A stretch of DNA of 64,000 bases from positions 1,302,001 through 1,366,000 of the forward strand of contig JAQFVV010000010.1 in assembly GCA_028023455.1 (NCBI GenBank), written 5' to 3'. Positions 39,817-53,100 of the stretch are shown one piece after another; the stretch's first letter is position 1, and each line of letters begins with the position of its first letter. Below the pieces are notes generated by a model, which was given only the letters and a program-made list of their open reading frames with translations, did not search any database and had not been told where the DNA came from. Origin of the DNA: Epiperipatus broadwayi. Lineage: Eukaryota > Animalia > Onychophora. Both the position numbers and the translations under genes were made by a program.

Positions 39817-41890
39817 TGTGAATTCTTGAATCTGAGTCTTGTGGTTGTGCTTCTTCCAGCTACACCTGATAGCTTGTCTCATGGATAGGGAGAATGACCC
39901 TTCCGGCTGTACAAGACAGCTTGCCTCTAGTCAACAGTAATCTTAATAGCATCGGGTCCCTCTGTGGACTTGCCAAACTATGTAGACAAATTAGTGGGAA
40001 TGCTAACTGCTGTTCAGGTTAGAAAGTTTTCCCTGGGAGAATGCACACAGTCTTTTCAGGTTAGACAGACATTCTTTCCCGATTCTCACAAAAGGCTGAC
40101 TAGTTATAGCCAGATCCCTGACCTTATTGAAAACACTCAGATTCAGAAAGCATCATTGCTTATTGGCCTATAATAATCATTGGCTATGTTTTATCTATAC
40201 ATCATCCTATTGTCCTGCAGCAAACAATGCTTAATCTGATCAGATAAGGAATCTGGAATAGTCCACTTTTGAGAAAAGGGAGGACTATAACATCCCTTCC
40301 CTTGGCTAAAGTATAGCCTTAGAGAATATATTCATGCAGGTGTGCTAAAGAATGACTAATAAGCTTTGGTGCTTCTGGTTTGCTGCCTTCTTCAGTTTGT
40401 TGGTCCTCCTTGCTTGCATTGCCTGTCCCTGGAGATTCACTCATTGTGGCTGCATTATAATCCAGTCTAAGTTGCTTTTGATGGCAATGATGTTGACATC
40501 CACCTGCTGTTTTGACTACAATGGTATGGAATACTTTCTGTTGACTTATGAATGCTAGGATCCATTTACTGGGGTCCTCTATACATCCTGCATAGCATTT
40601 TAGTCTGCAAAGCTAGTGGTGTTCTGGAAATCCTGGTGTTCCAGCTTCCCATATCCATTTTTGATATCAGCTTTTTGTTGACTTCTGAGTAATCAGGTTT
40701 TAATTTAGTTAATGTTGTGATCTCATTCACCTTTGACACTGCAAAGCCTAAGTGACTAAACCAGTCATGGCCTAATAAGTTGCTATGATCACCTGATGCC
40801 ACTACCAGTGGTAAGTGTATAGTTGTGTTAGACATAGTAATTTTAACTCGTCTGACTAAAGAGTTTTATTTTCTTGCTCTGATAGTCTGTTATAACCTTG
40901 CAGCTAGGATGCAGCTTATATTTATTATTTTTATTAATGATAGCCCAGGTCTTTTTAGAAACAATAGACACTGCAGACACTGTGTCCAGTTCCATTTTCA
41001 CTGATGTATCATTAATTATAATACTATGTATAAATCCAGACTGATCATCCTTAATGTGATTTATACTGGCAACTTGTTTATATTTTTTATAGTTGCCCTT
41101 GTTGTTTTTTGAAATGGTTTTTCCATTCTCATATTGGTTATTTATCTCTTTAAGTTTAGATATGCAGCTCTTATATGACTGGCTCACTTGCAAAATGAGC
41201 ATACAGAATGGAGGTGTGGACATTCTGTTTGCATGTGCATCAGTTCATCACACCTATAACAATGCTTATCACTCATTGTTGTTGAACTAACTGAATGCTT
41301 GACAGACTCAGTCTTCTGTTCAACTTTTTAAACAGTAAATTTTTTTTTTTAATGGCCTCACTTGACATGTTATAGATTCTGCGTGGCTTGAGTTACAGCC
41401 ACTTCAAAATCTATATCCGGTGTCATTAATAGTTTGAGTCTTAAATTATGATCGTTCATCCCTCAAATGAAATGATCACATAGTGCTTCATTTAAGAACT
41501 CTTTAAAATCGCACATGAGTGCTAATGCCTGGATTCGCGTTATGAATTCTCTAGCTTTTTCATCCTCCACTTGGATACAGAGATTGAAATAATATCTCTG
41601 CATTATTGTTAGCAGTTTTGGGGGAAATATTCTGTGAGAATCACCAACACCTTTTCAAAATTCAAGTCGGCCAGTGTTTCTGACCCAATTTGAGATTTTA
41701 AAATATTATACGTCCGTGCCCCAATTATTGTCATCAGCATCACTAATTTTATTTCAGACTTTTTAATCTGATTAGCCTGCATATAAACGATCAGATGCTC
41801 TTTGTAGCTTGACAAGTTCTCAGGGAACCCTGGGTCAAAAGCTTCCATTGAGCCAATTATATTAGCCATTCTTTTTATTTTTCTCTGTTA
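39817..41890 (-). mobile_element. Internally deleted Gypsy (K02A2.6-like) element: gag - protease - integrase tail - PPT - LTR
   Basis: ORF 41609-41869 gag N-terminus (IGSMEAFDP..ENLSSYKE). ORF 40843-41223 MELDTVSAVSIVS (aspartic protease). 40566-40835 LPLVVASGDHSNLLGHDW. Minus-strand PPT AGGGAAGGGA (40293-40302) followed by TGTTATAG LTR start at 40292; candidate LTR end CA at 39817. Confidence 0.85.
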
Positions 41891-42019
41891 TAACATGAGA
41901 AAAATATTTGTTTCATATTTATTGCAAGTAACCACTCGATACGGTTATCTTTGACAGACTTTTACTCCGCTAGAATGAGTTTCTCTTTTTTAGAAAGGCC
42001 AATTTTGATTGGTTTATGA

Positions 42020-42440
42020 ACCACCAATCACATTTGTGATCACTTAATTTTTCCTCCCAGAAATAATGATTTTAACAATGACTGTTTAGTAAATACAATG
42101 AATGTCTATACTTGCATATTTGTGTATTTTATTTTTTGTTTTCCCAAAAATAAATTCACTGTTTAGTAAACATGACGTATTTTACTTTTTATTTTTTCAG
42201 AAATAAGTGATTTTAATAATCACTGTTTAATAAATATGTATTCATATATTTTACTTGGGCAATATTTAGGTGTGATTTAATAATCACAGATTCATAACTT
42301 ACAAGTGTCTATAAGTGTGCACTTGTGTATTTATGCTCCTAAGTTTTTTCTTTTTCCAACCATGAGGAAAAAGACAACCAATCATGTTTGTGATCACTTT
42401 ATTTTTCCTCCCAGAAACAATTTTAACAATGACTGTTTAG
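42020..42440 (+). repeat. Degenerate tandem repeat
   Basis: ccaatca..tttgtgatcactt.attttt.cctcccagaaa...ttttaacaatgactgtttagt at ~42027 and ~42379, with partial units at ~42150 and ~42200. Confidence 0.7.
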
Positions 42441-44349
42441 TCTCTTTTGTAAGAAAGTTAGCCATGTCTGCAAGATAAGTAGAAGTGAACTGGTTTAAAC
42501 GGGAAAAAATAACCCCATGGTCCTGGATGGAATGAATCTGACATCTTCTCCAAACTTTGTATAAAATCTTTAAGTTTGGATATTTCTGTATCATCCAGCA
42601 TCCCAAAGTGACCAAAAGATGTTTTTGAATTCTGGCTCATTTTGAAATATTTTCTTCAAGTGTTTGTATACAGTTGTTAGCATATTATCATCTTTGACAA
42701 CTACATCTTGTCACTGATGCTGAAGGAACTCTTATTGCAGGTGGTTGGCCTAGTGCCCATCAAATATATTGTCTGAACCAAATATTTATTTGTGTGATAA
42801 AATACTTTTTCTTTTTTTTTTAACACATTACACGTGGATTTGTAAGTTTTTTAAAATTTAATTAATAGATGATTATTTTTTTAGTTGGGGTACTATATGT
42901 TATCCTTTTATGTAATTCATCAACCAGAGCTAAGAGTTTTGTTGGTGGTGTAGTGGTTCTTGTGTATAGTTTATAGTATGTGATATTATTTGTGTGTACA
43001 CTATCCAATTTTGTACTGGGTCCAGTTCTAAGCTGTTTAGTTTAGCTAATACAATATAGTTATTTAATGGAATGATTAAAAAACACTACATTATGAATAT
43101 TAATATAATTCATTGTAGTTATTTTAAGTCTATGTAATATATTTATTGCCACTATTATTAATTTTGAATCAATGTTATTAACAAAAATTATATCTATGTC
43201 ATCTGATATTAATTTGTTGTTATTGAATTTTTGATCAATGTATGAATTATCTACCAGAACATTTTAAATAGAAAAATTGCTGTAATGAAACTGAGATCAA
43301 GAATAACCTTGTAGTTAGGAATAAGAATTTAAAGTAAATTAGTGTTAACAAAACACTAATAAACTAAGACTATGATCAGATTATAACTCACTATGTTCCA
43401 AGATAGTTGGTTCCCAAATGATTCTGATATTGGATTTTTTTTTTATATTAATAAAAATTGTTTTGAAATCTTGACAGTTTTTACTGATTTTAAATAAAGC
43501 AACAAAATTTTTTAAAAATCAAACATAATTTATTGAAATTAAAAAAAAAAAATTAAAAGCAAATCTTATTAATTCAAACTGATAACTAATATACAGAATT
43601 AAACTTTTTTAAAACTTTTTTTTGAAAATGTAGTTTAATTGTGGATAACTAAATTCTAATATCTAGATTGGTTTTCACCTTACTTCTGTAAATATTTTTT
43701 ATCAGTGTTACAATGAAAATCTTTCACACATATTTGAATCTATTAATTAGAGCTTAAAAATTAATTTTATCCAATGAAACCATAGAATTTTAAGATTACC
43801 ATTTGAAAATCCTAATTTTAAAATTAAAATAATAGATTCTATTTCAAACTTTTGTATTTGTTGTTCAATTTTTAAATTCTAAAATTGTCAGCTTAGGTTT
43901 ATATAATTCTATTAAAAAAATCTTGTATTCATTAAAAGAAGAATCATAACCTAGTATTTTGATTAAACATGGCATCCCAGTTTGGAAGAATATTACAACA
44001 AATATGGAACTTCATAAGCAATGTATGAATTTTTTAAAAAAAGTTCAGTGACTGATAAAAAAAATTGAAAAAAATTTAGAAAAAAAATATTACAAAATAT
44101 TACAAAAAAATATTTCCTATTCAAAGTCACTTTAGATTTTTTATTAATATGGAAGTAATATATAGACCTAAAAAAAACAATATCACAATTCTATTCAATC
44201 AATGAGTAGTACTCATGTATATAATAATTATTATGTTTTAATATAAAAATGTATAAGGATTTCTTTAGTAGTGTATTTATCAGTACTTATTTATTAGACT
44301 TAAGATATACACATTAATAAAGTTTAAACAGCTCATTGTAACTATAAAA

Positions 44350-44900
44350 CAAAAAAGCTGTAAGTTTTGAAGAACTTCTTGAATATTTAATATTTGATCT
44401 CATAAGTTAATTTTAATAACATTAGTTTTTATGCATATATGAAACATTGAAGGTGTGCCACATGAATCTCCAGCTCATGGTTCCAGTTTACAAAAATAAA
44501 AAAACTAGAAAAGGCTGCATTAGCTATCTTGAAGTATCACTATAGAAAAATTTTATTTTTTAAAGATCGCTTCCAGTCATGTGTGAGCTGATGCGGAACT
44601 GTGATTTTAGAAATTCAAGAAAAGCTACAAACAAGATTATAATAGCAAAAATGTTTAATGAACAATGATATAGTTTTAATATTAATTACTTTTATTAATT
44701 TGATTAAGGCATTTGACTTGACTAATCAAATTGGTTTATTGCAATATTTGAAATGAATTAATTTTCCATCAAAGTTTATTCATATTATATCTGATGATAT
44801 GAAAGAAAGGGTTATTTTTATTGGTAGCACATCATATGCTTTTAAAATAAAACCTGGTGTTAAATAAGAATGTACTATTTTCAATTTTGTTTTTTACTTT
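44350..44900 (+). pseudogene. Highly decayed non-LTR RT fragment
   Basis: tgtgattttaga (CxFR), aaggcatttgacttg (KAFD) and ggtgttaaataagaatgt (GVKQ.C-like) occur in RT domain order. Confidence 0.45.
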
Positions 44901-45472
44901 CACTATAATGGTTTATAGTAAATAGAATATAAATGACTTCCTAAAGCAGACATCAAAATGTGATAGTTTTAATTATGGGGTTTTTAATTTTAATGTTCAA
45001 AAACAATTCCAATAACAGTTTCTTCATTTTACATACACTAGAACAATTTACTGTAAGCTTGAGCAGTCAATGGATACCAGCAAGTATAATACTATAAAAT
45101 CCCAAACTCAAGTGACCTGTTTCTAGCTTTGCTTTCACTAGAGAAGACTAGGGTCCAAATTCAGAACAAATGTAATTACATATCTAGAAGCCATCTTTTA
45201 TTTCTTTATACTATTCAAAGTAATGTTCTGAAATTTAAAAAAATTATGTAGAATATTAGCTGAAATATTATAAAAAATAAAAAACAATGGCAAGATACCT
45301 AACTGCACTACTTGGAAAGAGACATGGATATACTCTAATTTGCATTTAATAAACTAAATATATTAGAGTACTTCATCATAGTGGTATAATTACTTCACTA
45401 AACTATTTTTATACAAAACTGTTATTGAGATAAATTCAATAAATAAACAATCAAATTGTTTTATTTGCTCAG

Positions 45473-45552
45473 GAGTTCATAAAAAGTTTGACTGTCAAAA
45501 ATGCAGAACTGGACCTGTACTAAATCATGCAGAGGACTCTGCCAAATTAAAT
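45473..45552 (+). CDS. Candidate 80-nt coding exon (GVHKKFDCQKCRTGPVLNHAEDSAKLN)
   Basis: ttttatttgctcag|GAGTTC...TTAAAT|gtaaga. One open frame (phase 1 in, phase 0 out) with a CxxC; unique sequence. Confidence 0.45.
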
Positions 45553-48147
45553 GTAAGAAAATGATACATGGGTTTTCCTCATAAAAAAAATTTAATTTAC
45601 CAATGCTCCATAGGATTTTAATAAGAACAGTTAGTATATACTTTAGCTTTCTGGTTGTCATAATATGAAATCTATGATTGTAAAGTCACATAATTAATAG
45701 ACTGGCATACTGAGTAAAAGAACAGTGACAAATTTTCTAATCTATCACTATAGCAAACTTGAACAATGTTTTTATTTAAAAGTCAGACCCATTTATGTTA
45801 TAAAGATTATATTAGAAACACTTTAAATAAATATAATATTGATTGTTTTTATTGTAATTATACAATTGATGATAAAATATAATGAAATATAATTACATAA
45901 AATGTTGAAACTTATCAGAAAAGAAAGTTAGCTTTTGAAATTAAAATATGATATTTTTAGAGACCTTGTAAATAAGTTAGATTTGCAACAAGGTTATTTA
46001 TGTAGATGTGTTTGTTATTAGTGCTTTTATAAGGTGAAATAGTTTTCTTGGTGTTCATGCCGTATTGTGTACTTATGACCTGTGATTAAATTTTTCTATC
46101 CATCATGGTGTTAGATTCAATATTCATATCTTTCAGTTGTTGAAGGATCAAAGAAATAAATTAATCATAAAGAAATCAATGACATATTGGATTAATAATA
46201 CTAGCTCATAAGTCTGTGACAATGATAAAAATAGCTGAGCTAGAGGAAATTAATGCTTGCTTAAGTAAATGAAATTAGTTGAGGCAAACATGTTCTTGAT
46301 ATAGTTCAGGACAATTTCATTCTCAGGATTAGACAGGGCTATTATAGTATTACATAATCAGCTAAAAGCTGCAAATACAAGTATCAATGTAATACTAAAC
46401 AATAACATTTTATTGACTTTATATGCTCAATAGGTAAAGAGATATGTTTTGTTCCAGTAGTTGTGTGTGTGAGTGTTTTAACATTTTATCTCAAACAAAT
46501 ATTTATGTATATAAAAGAAAAAAGAAAAAAAGGGATTTTGTTAACTAATTATAAAATTAATCACTCGAAACAAAATAAAATAAAATGGACTCAACACAAA
46601 CTAAAGTTATTAAAATTATTAACTCAGCAACAGAATTCTCTAGTATCTAAATTTGTATATAAATGTGGTGTTCTTAAATGAGTTTTTATTACTAAAATGG
46701 TTAATATTTTTCTTATTTTTCTGTTTTTGTTTCCAATTATGAATCACCATTATATGATTTCTTTCCTGTGTTTCAAAAAAGAAATCATTGATAATGTTTA
46801 TAGATGATAGGTAATTAAACTGTTTTTCAATAAACACAACATTGAGATGGAAACGAGATGATAGAAGTGATTAAGTTACTTTTCAAAAACCATCTGATAA
46901 TATACAAAAAGGATTGTGACTGCAAATTTAGATCAGAATACATGCTCGCAGAGAGAGAATGGACTAGAAAATTTAACTGTGAATGCCATCATTAGACAAT
47001 ATATGTACATGCAAAAGTTTGGAAGAATATTGTAATAATTGAACTACTGTTTAAATACATGATGACTTCTTACATATATGATTTAAATGTTATTATAATG
47101 GATTGCTAAAAGGTTCTGTAATTCATTTCTTGGCCAGCATAGCTGTTCCATGAAAAAAGAAGTAATTTTATTTAGTCTTTAAGTGAAAAATTCCCATACA
47201 TAAAAAAAAAATTAGATCATCCCATCCCAGCTCTATTTTATGTGTTTATCTATATGTGTCTTATCCAAAAAACAAGATCTACTGATGGCTGATAACTAAA
47301 CTACCAAACTCTTGGATCAGCAATTAAGTGACCAGTGGAATACAGCAAGTGTGTTCTATTTTGCAACTATATAAACTCTACAGCTATTAACAGAATTACA
47401 TGGATTAATTTTTTCATCTTCAATCTAGTCAAGAAAAGGGTATAGAAGTAATAAATGGATTAAAACTCATATAATTTCATTGCAAAAATAGGAAATAAAA
47501 TAATTTTAAGAATTGTTACTGTCAGGATAATTAAAGTGTCAGTTGAATTTTTATGTAATTACTCTTCACTGGAAAAAGATGCCAAAATTAAAGCAAAAGT
47601 TACTAGTTTCATTATTATTTATATAATATAAAATTATATAGCATTACAGAACTAGCTAAAAAACAAAATTTTACTAAATTTTTCTCATGATCATAGTTTC
47701 ACCTATTAACAAATATTGAACTATTAATCTGTATCAATTTCTATTTATATTAATTCACCTATTCTAAATATTGTCTGTTTGCCTAGAGTAAGGTTTATAT
47801 TTATATTACATTTCTTTTTTATATATTATCTAATTCCTAATTGAAGAATTGGATACATGTATTATTATTATCATTATGTACTATTCAATTATGTAGTTCA
47901 TATTTTGATAGGACATGGAGGTAATAAAAAAATAATATTTTTATGTTTTTATCTAATTATTAAAAAATGATAATGTAATTTATCATTGCCTAATAATGTA
48001 AATGCCTTGTCAAGAGTTGAACTACTCATTGTTTCAGAGAATGTGAAGATACCTTACACATTACTATTACTTAGAATAAAACTGTTATTATATATTTTTT
48101 GTTTAATCATTTTTTATTTATGCATTTTATCAAATTAGCTGAGTCCT

Positions 48148-48729
48148 TAGAGTGACCAGACTGGTACCATAAAAATCGAGACATAATGATTTATGCCATT
48201 ATGTCATTTTTTTAATATAAAACTCCATTCCTGTATATGTTCATCATTGTAAGTACACTTCCTCTTTGGCATCTTGTCTATTAATTAGGGTTATTAATAT
48301 TCCTATTAATTTTATCACTATAGAAAATTAATATCAACAAAGAACTAGTAAAACTACAATGTCAATTAAAGCAGGTGCAAACACGGTTCAAATTTAGCCT
48401 ACAAAAATCCAACTGTGCATGCTCCAAGGTATGGTTGGTCAGGAGAACGCATCTAGCTTGAGAACCCAGCCATATAATGTAATAGCAATTCTTGTATTGG
48501 TGTTGGAATTTGTCTGAGTTTTTATAATATTACTGTAAAGACTGAAATGGATGGAGAGGACCAAGAAACTATTATTTTTGCACTAAATTATTTATGTAAG
48601 ACAAATAGTAATTATGAATATTTGAAAATTGGGACATAGAATGGTCCCAAAAAGACATTTCAGGGACACTGGGACATCTAATCAAAAATAGGGACAAATC
48701 CTGAAACATCAGGATGGCTGGTCGCCCTA
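48148..48729 (+). mobile_element. hAT (Blackjack-like) MITE, 582 bp
   Basis: TIRs TAGAGTGACCAG / CTGGTCGCCCTA; subterminal gggaca repeats at 48630-48700; flanks tgagtcct / tgagtagt are a 6/8 match, consistent with an aged 8-bp duplication. Confidence 0.85.
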
Positions 48730-48899
48730 TGAGTAGTGCAACATCACAAATGAGTTTCACGAGCCCCAAAGACATGATTTGTGCTATTTGGATGTCAACT
48801 AAAAGTGTATAAGTTCAAATTTTGAATTGTTGTGGTGCTATTATGGGTCTTTAATAATATAACCAGCCTAAACTAATAAATATTTTAGCCATTTCAAAA

Positions 48900-49960
48900 G
48901 GAAATATTATTGTTATGAAGTTAACATTATTACAAATCCATTTACTTCTGTTTCTAATCACGACTCAATCCTTTTTTTCTTTTCAAAAATATACAGTACA
49001 TATAGCCATATAATTCTATAATTAAAAATCACTTCTTTTCTTTTCAAAAACTTTATTTGATGTATATATATATCCACTTATTTCCAACGTTTCGACTATC
49101 TTTACTCTATAGTCATTTTCAAGGATCTAGAAAAAACATTACATTATAAACAAACTTCACATAATAAAAAACAAAAATAATCAAAAACAATATAAAGCAT
49201 ATAAACCCCATAAAATTTAAAAATAAATAAAATACATTAAAATCAATTAAATTAAAAACACAAAACATACACCACACTTACTTGACTCCCTTCTCAAAAA
49301 ACTTTCCCTTTTTACATTTTTTATCCAAAAAACCAATTGTTACAATAAAAAACTTATTTCCTTTTTCTTTCTTATATACTTCAAAAATGAATTTATTTCC
49401 AAAAATAATTCTTTATTCATGTCTTATCCAATTCTATTTAAAACAGTTTTATATCTTTTTATATATAAACTCTCTTTTACCATTCTTTCTTTATACAATC
49501 TAACCCCCTCCAACATTTTAATTTTAAAATCTGTATGTCCAATTTCCTTACTATGTGTATTTACATTAGAATTCCTATCTCTCAAATGCTGTTTCAATCT
49601 TGTCTCTAATTTGTTCTTTGTTGTACCAATATATGATACATCTTTATTCTCTTTTTTACAATCCAAACATTCTATTTTATAAATACCATTCATGTTTTCA
49701 ACATTCCTATTTCTTATCATATTACCTAAATTACATTTCCTTTTATATACTGGTTTCAACAATAAACCACATTCCTTACCATATTTCTTATTCATATCCC
49801 TCATTATCTTTTTAATCTTAAAAAAAATACTTTTTGACACTTTGTACCCACTATACATAAATTCCTTCTTTTTTTTTCTTTTTTCTCAATTTCCTCTCAA
49901 TTTTGTCTATATTCTTTTTTCCACATAATTTATTAATAATCTTTTTTTATTATTATTTTT
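48900..49960 (-). mobile_element. Young 5'-truncated Penelope-like element (GIY-YIG + 3' pseudo-LTR)
   Basis: ORF 49424-49858 NGIYKIECLDC....SYIGTTKNKLETRLKQH...ESLYIK is a GIY-YIG endonuclease. Hammerhead and aataaa lie downstream. 3' boundary approximate. Confidence 0.9.
49076..49129 (-). ncRNA. Apparently intact minimal type I hammerhead ribozyme (U3:A8 variant)
   Basis: Minus strand tagatcc-TTGAAAA-T-GACTAT-agagtaaag-ATAGTC-GAAA-CG-TT-ggaaata. 6-bp stem II, palindromic stem III ACGT, GUU triplet, stem I tcc/gga. Confidence 0.75.
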
Positions 49961-50000
49961 CTCTGGAATAACTTAGCTTTATGACTTATAACTATCGAGT

Positions 50001-50086
50001 TAGGCTTTAGTAACTCGATAGGTTTTTTTTTCCATGGCCGATGCTTTGACACATGGGAAAAAAAACTATCGAGTTACTAAAGCCTA
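50001..50086. repeat. 86-bp hairpin / mini-MITE at the PLE 5' junction
   Basis: taggctttagtaactcgatag ... ctatcgagttactaaagccta are perfect 21-bp arms, with inner T/A-tract and ccatg/catgg pairing; TA at both ends; extra ctatcgagt at 49992-50000. Confidence 0.85.
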
Positions 50087-50122
50087 TATATTTTTTCTGC
50101 AAAATATAGCACCAATCTTGCG

Positions 50123-53100
50123 ATTATTATTTACAATCCAGGTTACTTTAGTGAGAATTTTTAAAGAAAGAAATCGTACATTAAAATGAATTAGATTGTA
50201 TTTTATAGTTTCTACTTTTCTTGATAATTGATAGTCATGAAGATTTTAAAATCACCATTACATATTTGTACTTGAACTATATAATATGTGTACATATATT
50301 TTTATTATATAAATTATAGAGCAGTATGAATTGTTGGTATTTTCTAATTATTCTATGTCATACACATCTGACAGCAAAAGAAATAGATATGCATGTGGGT
50401 ACATGCATAGTATAAAATGATGCTGGGTATATCACATGAAATTATCATTATATGTTCAGTTCTTGATTTATTCTTTTGATTATCACTGTAGATATATGTG
50501 GGTTTTGATATTTCTGTATAGGATACAGTAATATTCCCATGCTCATTTATATAAGTTTATTATGTATTTGTCTCCATGATTTATTTTCTGATTCCCACCT
50601 GAGATTGCAGTCATTAATATTTTTGCATTGGCTAAAGTGTTCTTTATTCTTATGCTTTTATATATATTTTCCTTTCTAACATGAGTTATAAGTGGCTCTA
50701 ATTATTATCACTCCTTATTCATTTCTTTTCATGGTAGGATTCTATTCACTGCATATAAGCTTTATTTTGTAATAGTCGGCACATGTGAACCTGTATAATG
50801 ATTAAACCTGCTGATTGTTGATTATGGGTTAATATTATTGCAAATATATACATGCACACACCTGGAAATTGTCAAGTCTTTGTAAAATTAAAGGATTATT
50901 AAATAGTACTGAAGGTTAACATTGAAGGGAAGTGTAATATAAACTATCAGCTTTCAAATACCTTGCATACAAACTTAAAGAGATAATTACTATTTAAACC
51001 ATATATGTTTGAAATAACTTAAGTATTTAAACTCTTATGTATATTAGTTGTTAAATTATTAATAAATATTGTTTTATTAATTGTTAGATTTGTCTAACAT
51101 TCGCTTTACTGTTATCTGTCCTGACAATTGTTATTTTGCCAAGAATCTCTAATCTCCATGATTTAGCAGTAATTATATATATATATATAATGGTAAAGTT
51201 GTGGTAGGTAAATAAATTTTCTAGGTTAGAGGTCTAGTGGCACCCTCTGTTGACAGATATTATGTGCAGGTTGTCCACTACATTGTATATATTTTTTTTT
51301 ATTTAACCCCACAACATAAAGCTCGATTACAAACTCTATACATCTTTAGAGATGTATTATTTCATAAGATGGTTGGCAAGTTATAACCAAATAAATAGCA
51401 AAGAATTTAGTTAGTGCTAGTACAGGGATATTCATGAAAATATGGGAATGTTTGGGAGTTCATTATATAAAACCAAAAATTAAAAAGCATAATTTAAATA
51501 ACAATAGTAAATTTGTTGTTAAAGAAATACCAGTAGTGATATTTGTTGTTAAAGAAAGATAAATTTAAATATCAGTAGTGAAATTTATTGTTAAAAAAAT
51601 AATTTGAATACAAATAGAGAAGTTTATTATAAAAGTAAAATCATATAGGAAATACAAGTCTTATTTAAAATAATAGATAATTTTTTTTTCTTTTCTTCTC
51701 ACTTTCTTCAACATGGAATCAGAGAATCCTAATAATAGTTTAACACCTGAGAAGATGCAAATGCTTGAAAATATGTTTATAAAAAGTCAACAAACAATGA
51801 TATAAGAGATTAGACAGGAATTGGATAGATGTTATCAGTCAATAGAAGAGATAAAAAAGGAAATGAATAAACAAGAGGATAAAAGTGATTGTAGTCACAA
51901 AAAAGTGAAATTGTTTTGAAAGATAAAATAAATCAGAAAAAGTGGAAGATAACCAAAGAGAAGATGGAATAAAGACAAACATGGAAAATAAAAAGTAAGA
52001 TTCAAAAAATGGAGCACAGATATAATAAAATAAGAGAATGGATATATTAATTACAAGGATTATAATAATAAGTTCAAGGCTGACCTACAGTGAAAAATTG
52101 AACTTTTATGTTTACAAAAGAAGTTTATTACATATAAAAAACAGTGTTATGATTTTGACAGCTATTTTTATAATTTTTCTATCATATAACCCCTGTATAC
52201 ATGATTAGAAATCATAGTATAAAATTTAATGGGAAGAATATAAATATTCTAAGTGAAATTTCAGTCAATCTAAAAGGCAATGCTCAAAGACCTTAGTATG
52301 AGCAACCAAAAGATTTTCAAATATTTTCCCATATTGTTACCTACAGTCTCATTAATATTTTTGTAGAACTTTTAGGCCAAACAATTACAATAGAAAATGA
52401 TACTATTATTCAACAAATAAGGACACTAAATTGTATGACTAGTTTTAACCAGTCAGTTAAAGAATGCCTATGTTATTCTGAAATTATCAAGACCTTTTTG
52501 AAAAGACCTTATCTTCAAGTAGCTGATAAATGAGGAAAATATAAAAATGCTGAAGATACAGTTTATTTAAATGTGCAGTCATATATCTTAAGAAGACTAA
52601 TAATAGGCAACCATATTAAAATTGCAAAAAAAAAAAAAAGAAACTATCAGATAGAGTTCAACTTTCAGAGAAATGTGATGGTAGATCTAAACATATAACC
52701 CAGTAATAAAACCAAAGAATAACAAAATATTAGACAGTGTATTCAGATGGCAGATAGTGGTAAATAAGGTTTAACAAATTTAATTTAAATTTAATTTTAA
52801 GTCAATTAAAATTAAAAAAAAAAGAAATTTCCTTACAACTAATTGTCAACATTACTAGTCATTTTTGTGCTATAACTTAGAGGCTGCTATCTCTATTGAG
52901 ATAATTTATGTGCAACTATTTTATGTTGGCAAAGCACAAGCTTAATTTCAATTTTTTATTTTCTATAACACATTAATAAATTTGTGTTTATTATGTTAGT
53001 TCAATTTATTTAGTTGTAAACATTTAAAAAATGTGTACTTTGTAGCTGGAATTTGTTAGCAATATGAAAAAATCTTTTTTTTTATATTACAAAGAACAAT

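Noticed and set aside
42394-42640. Overlapping minus-strand ORFs as an exon
   Set aside because: Bounded by stops, runs into the tandem repeat, no consistent splice pair.
43403-43434. Minus-strand 32-nt exon NHLGTNYLGT resembling a short-chain dehydrogenase motif
   Set aside because: Acceptor lacks a pyrimidine tract and the match is too short to support.
5985-49928. Most 60-150 aa ORFs in the supplied track as independent genes
   Set aside because: They are antisense shadows or fragments of the transposon relics, or low-complexity F/I/L/K-rich frames expected in AT-rich DNA.
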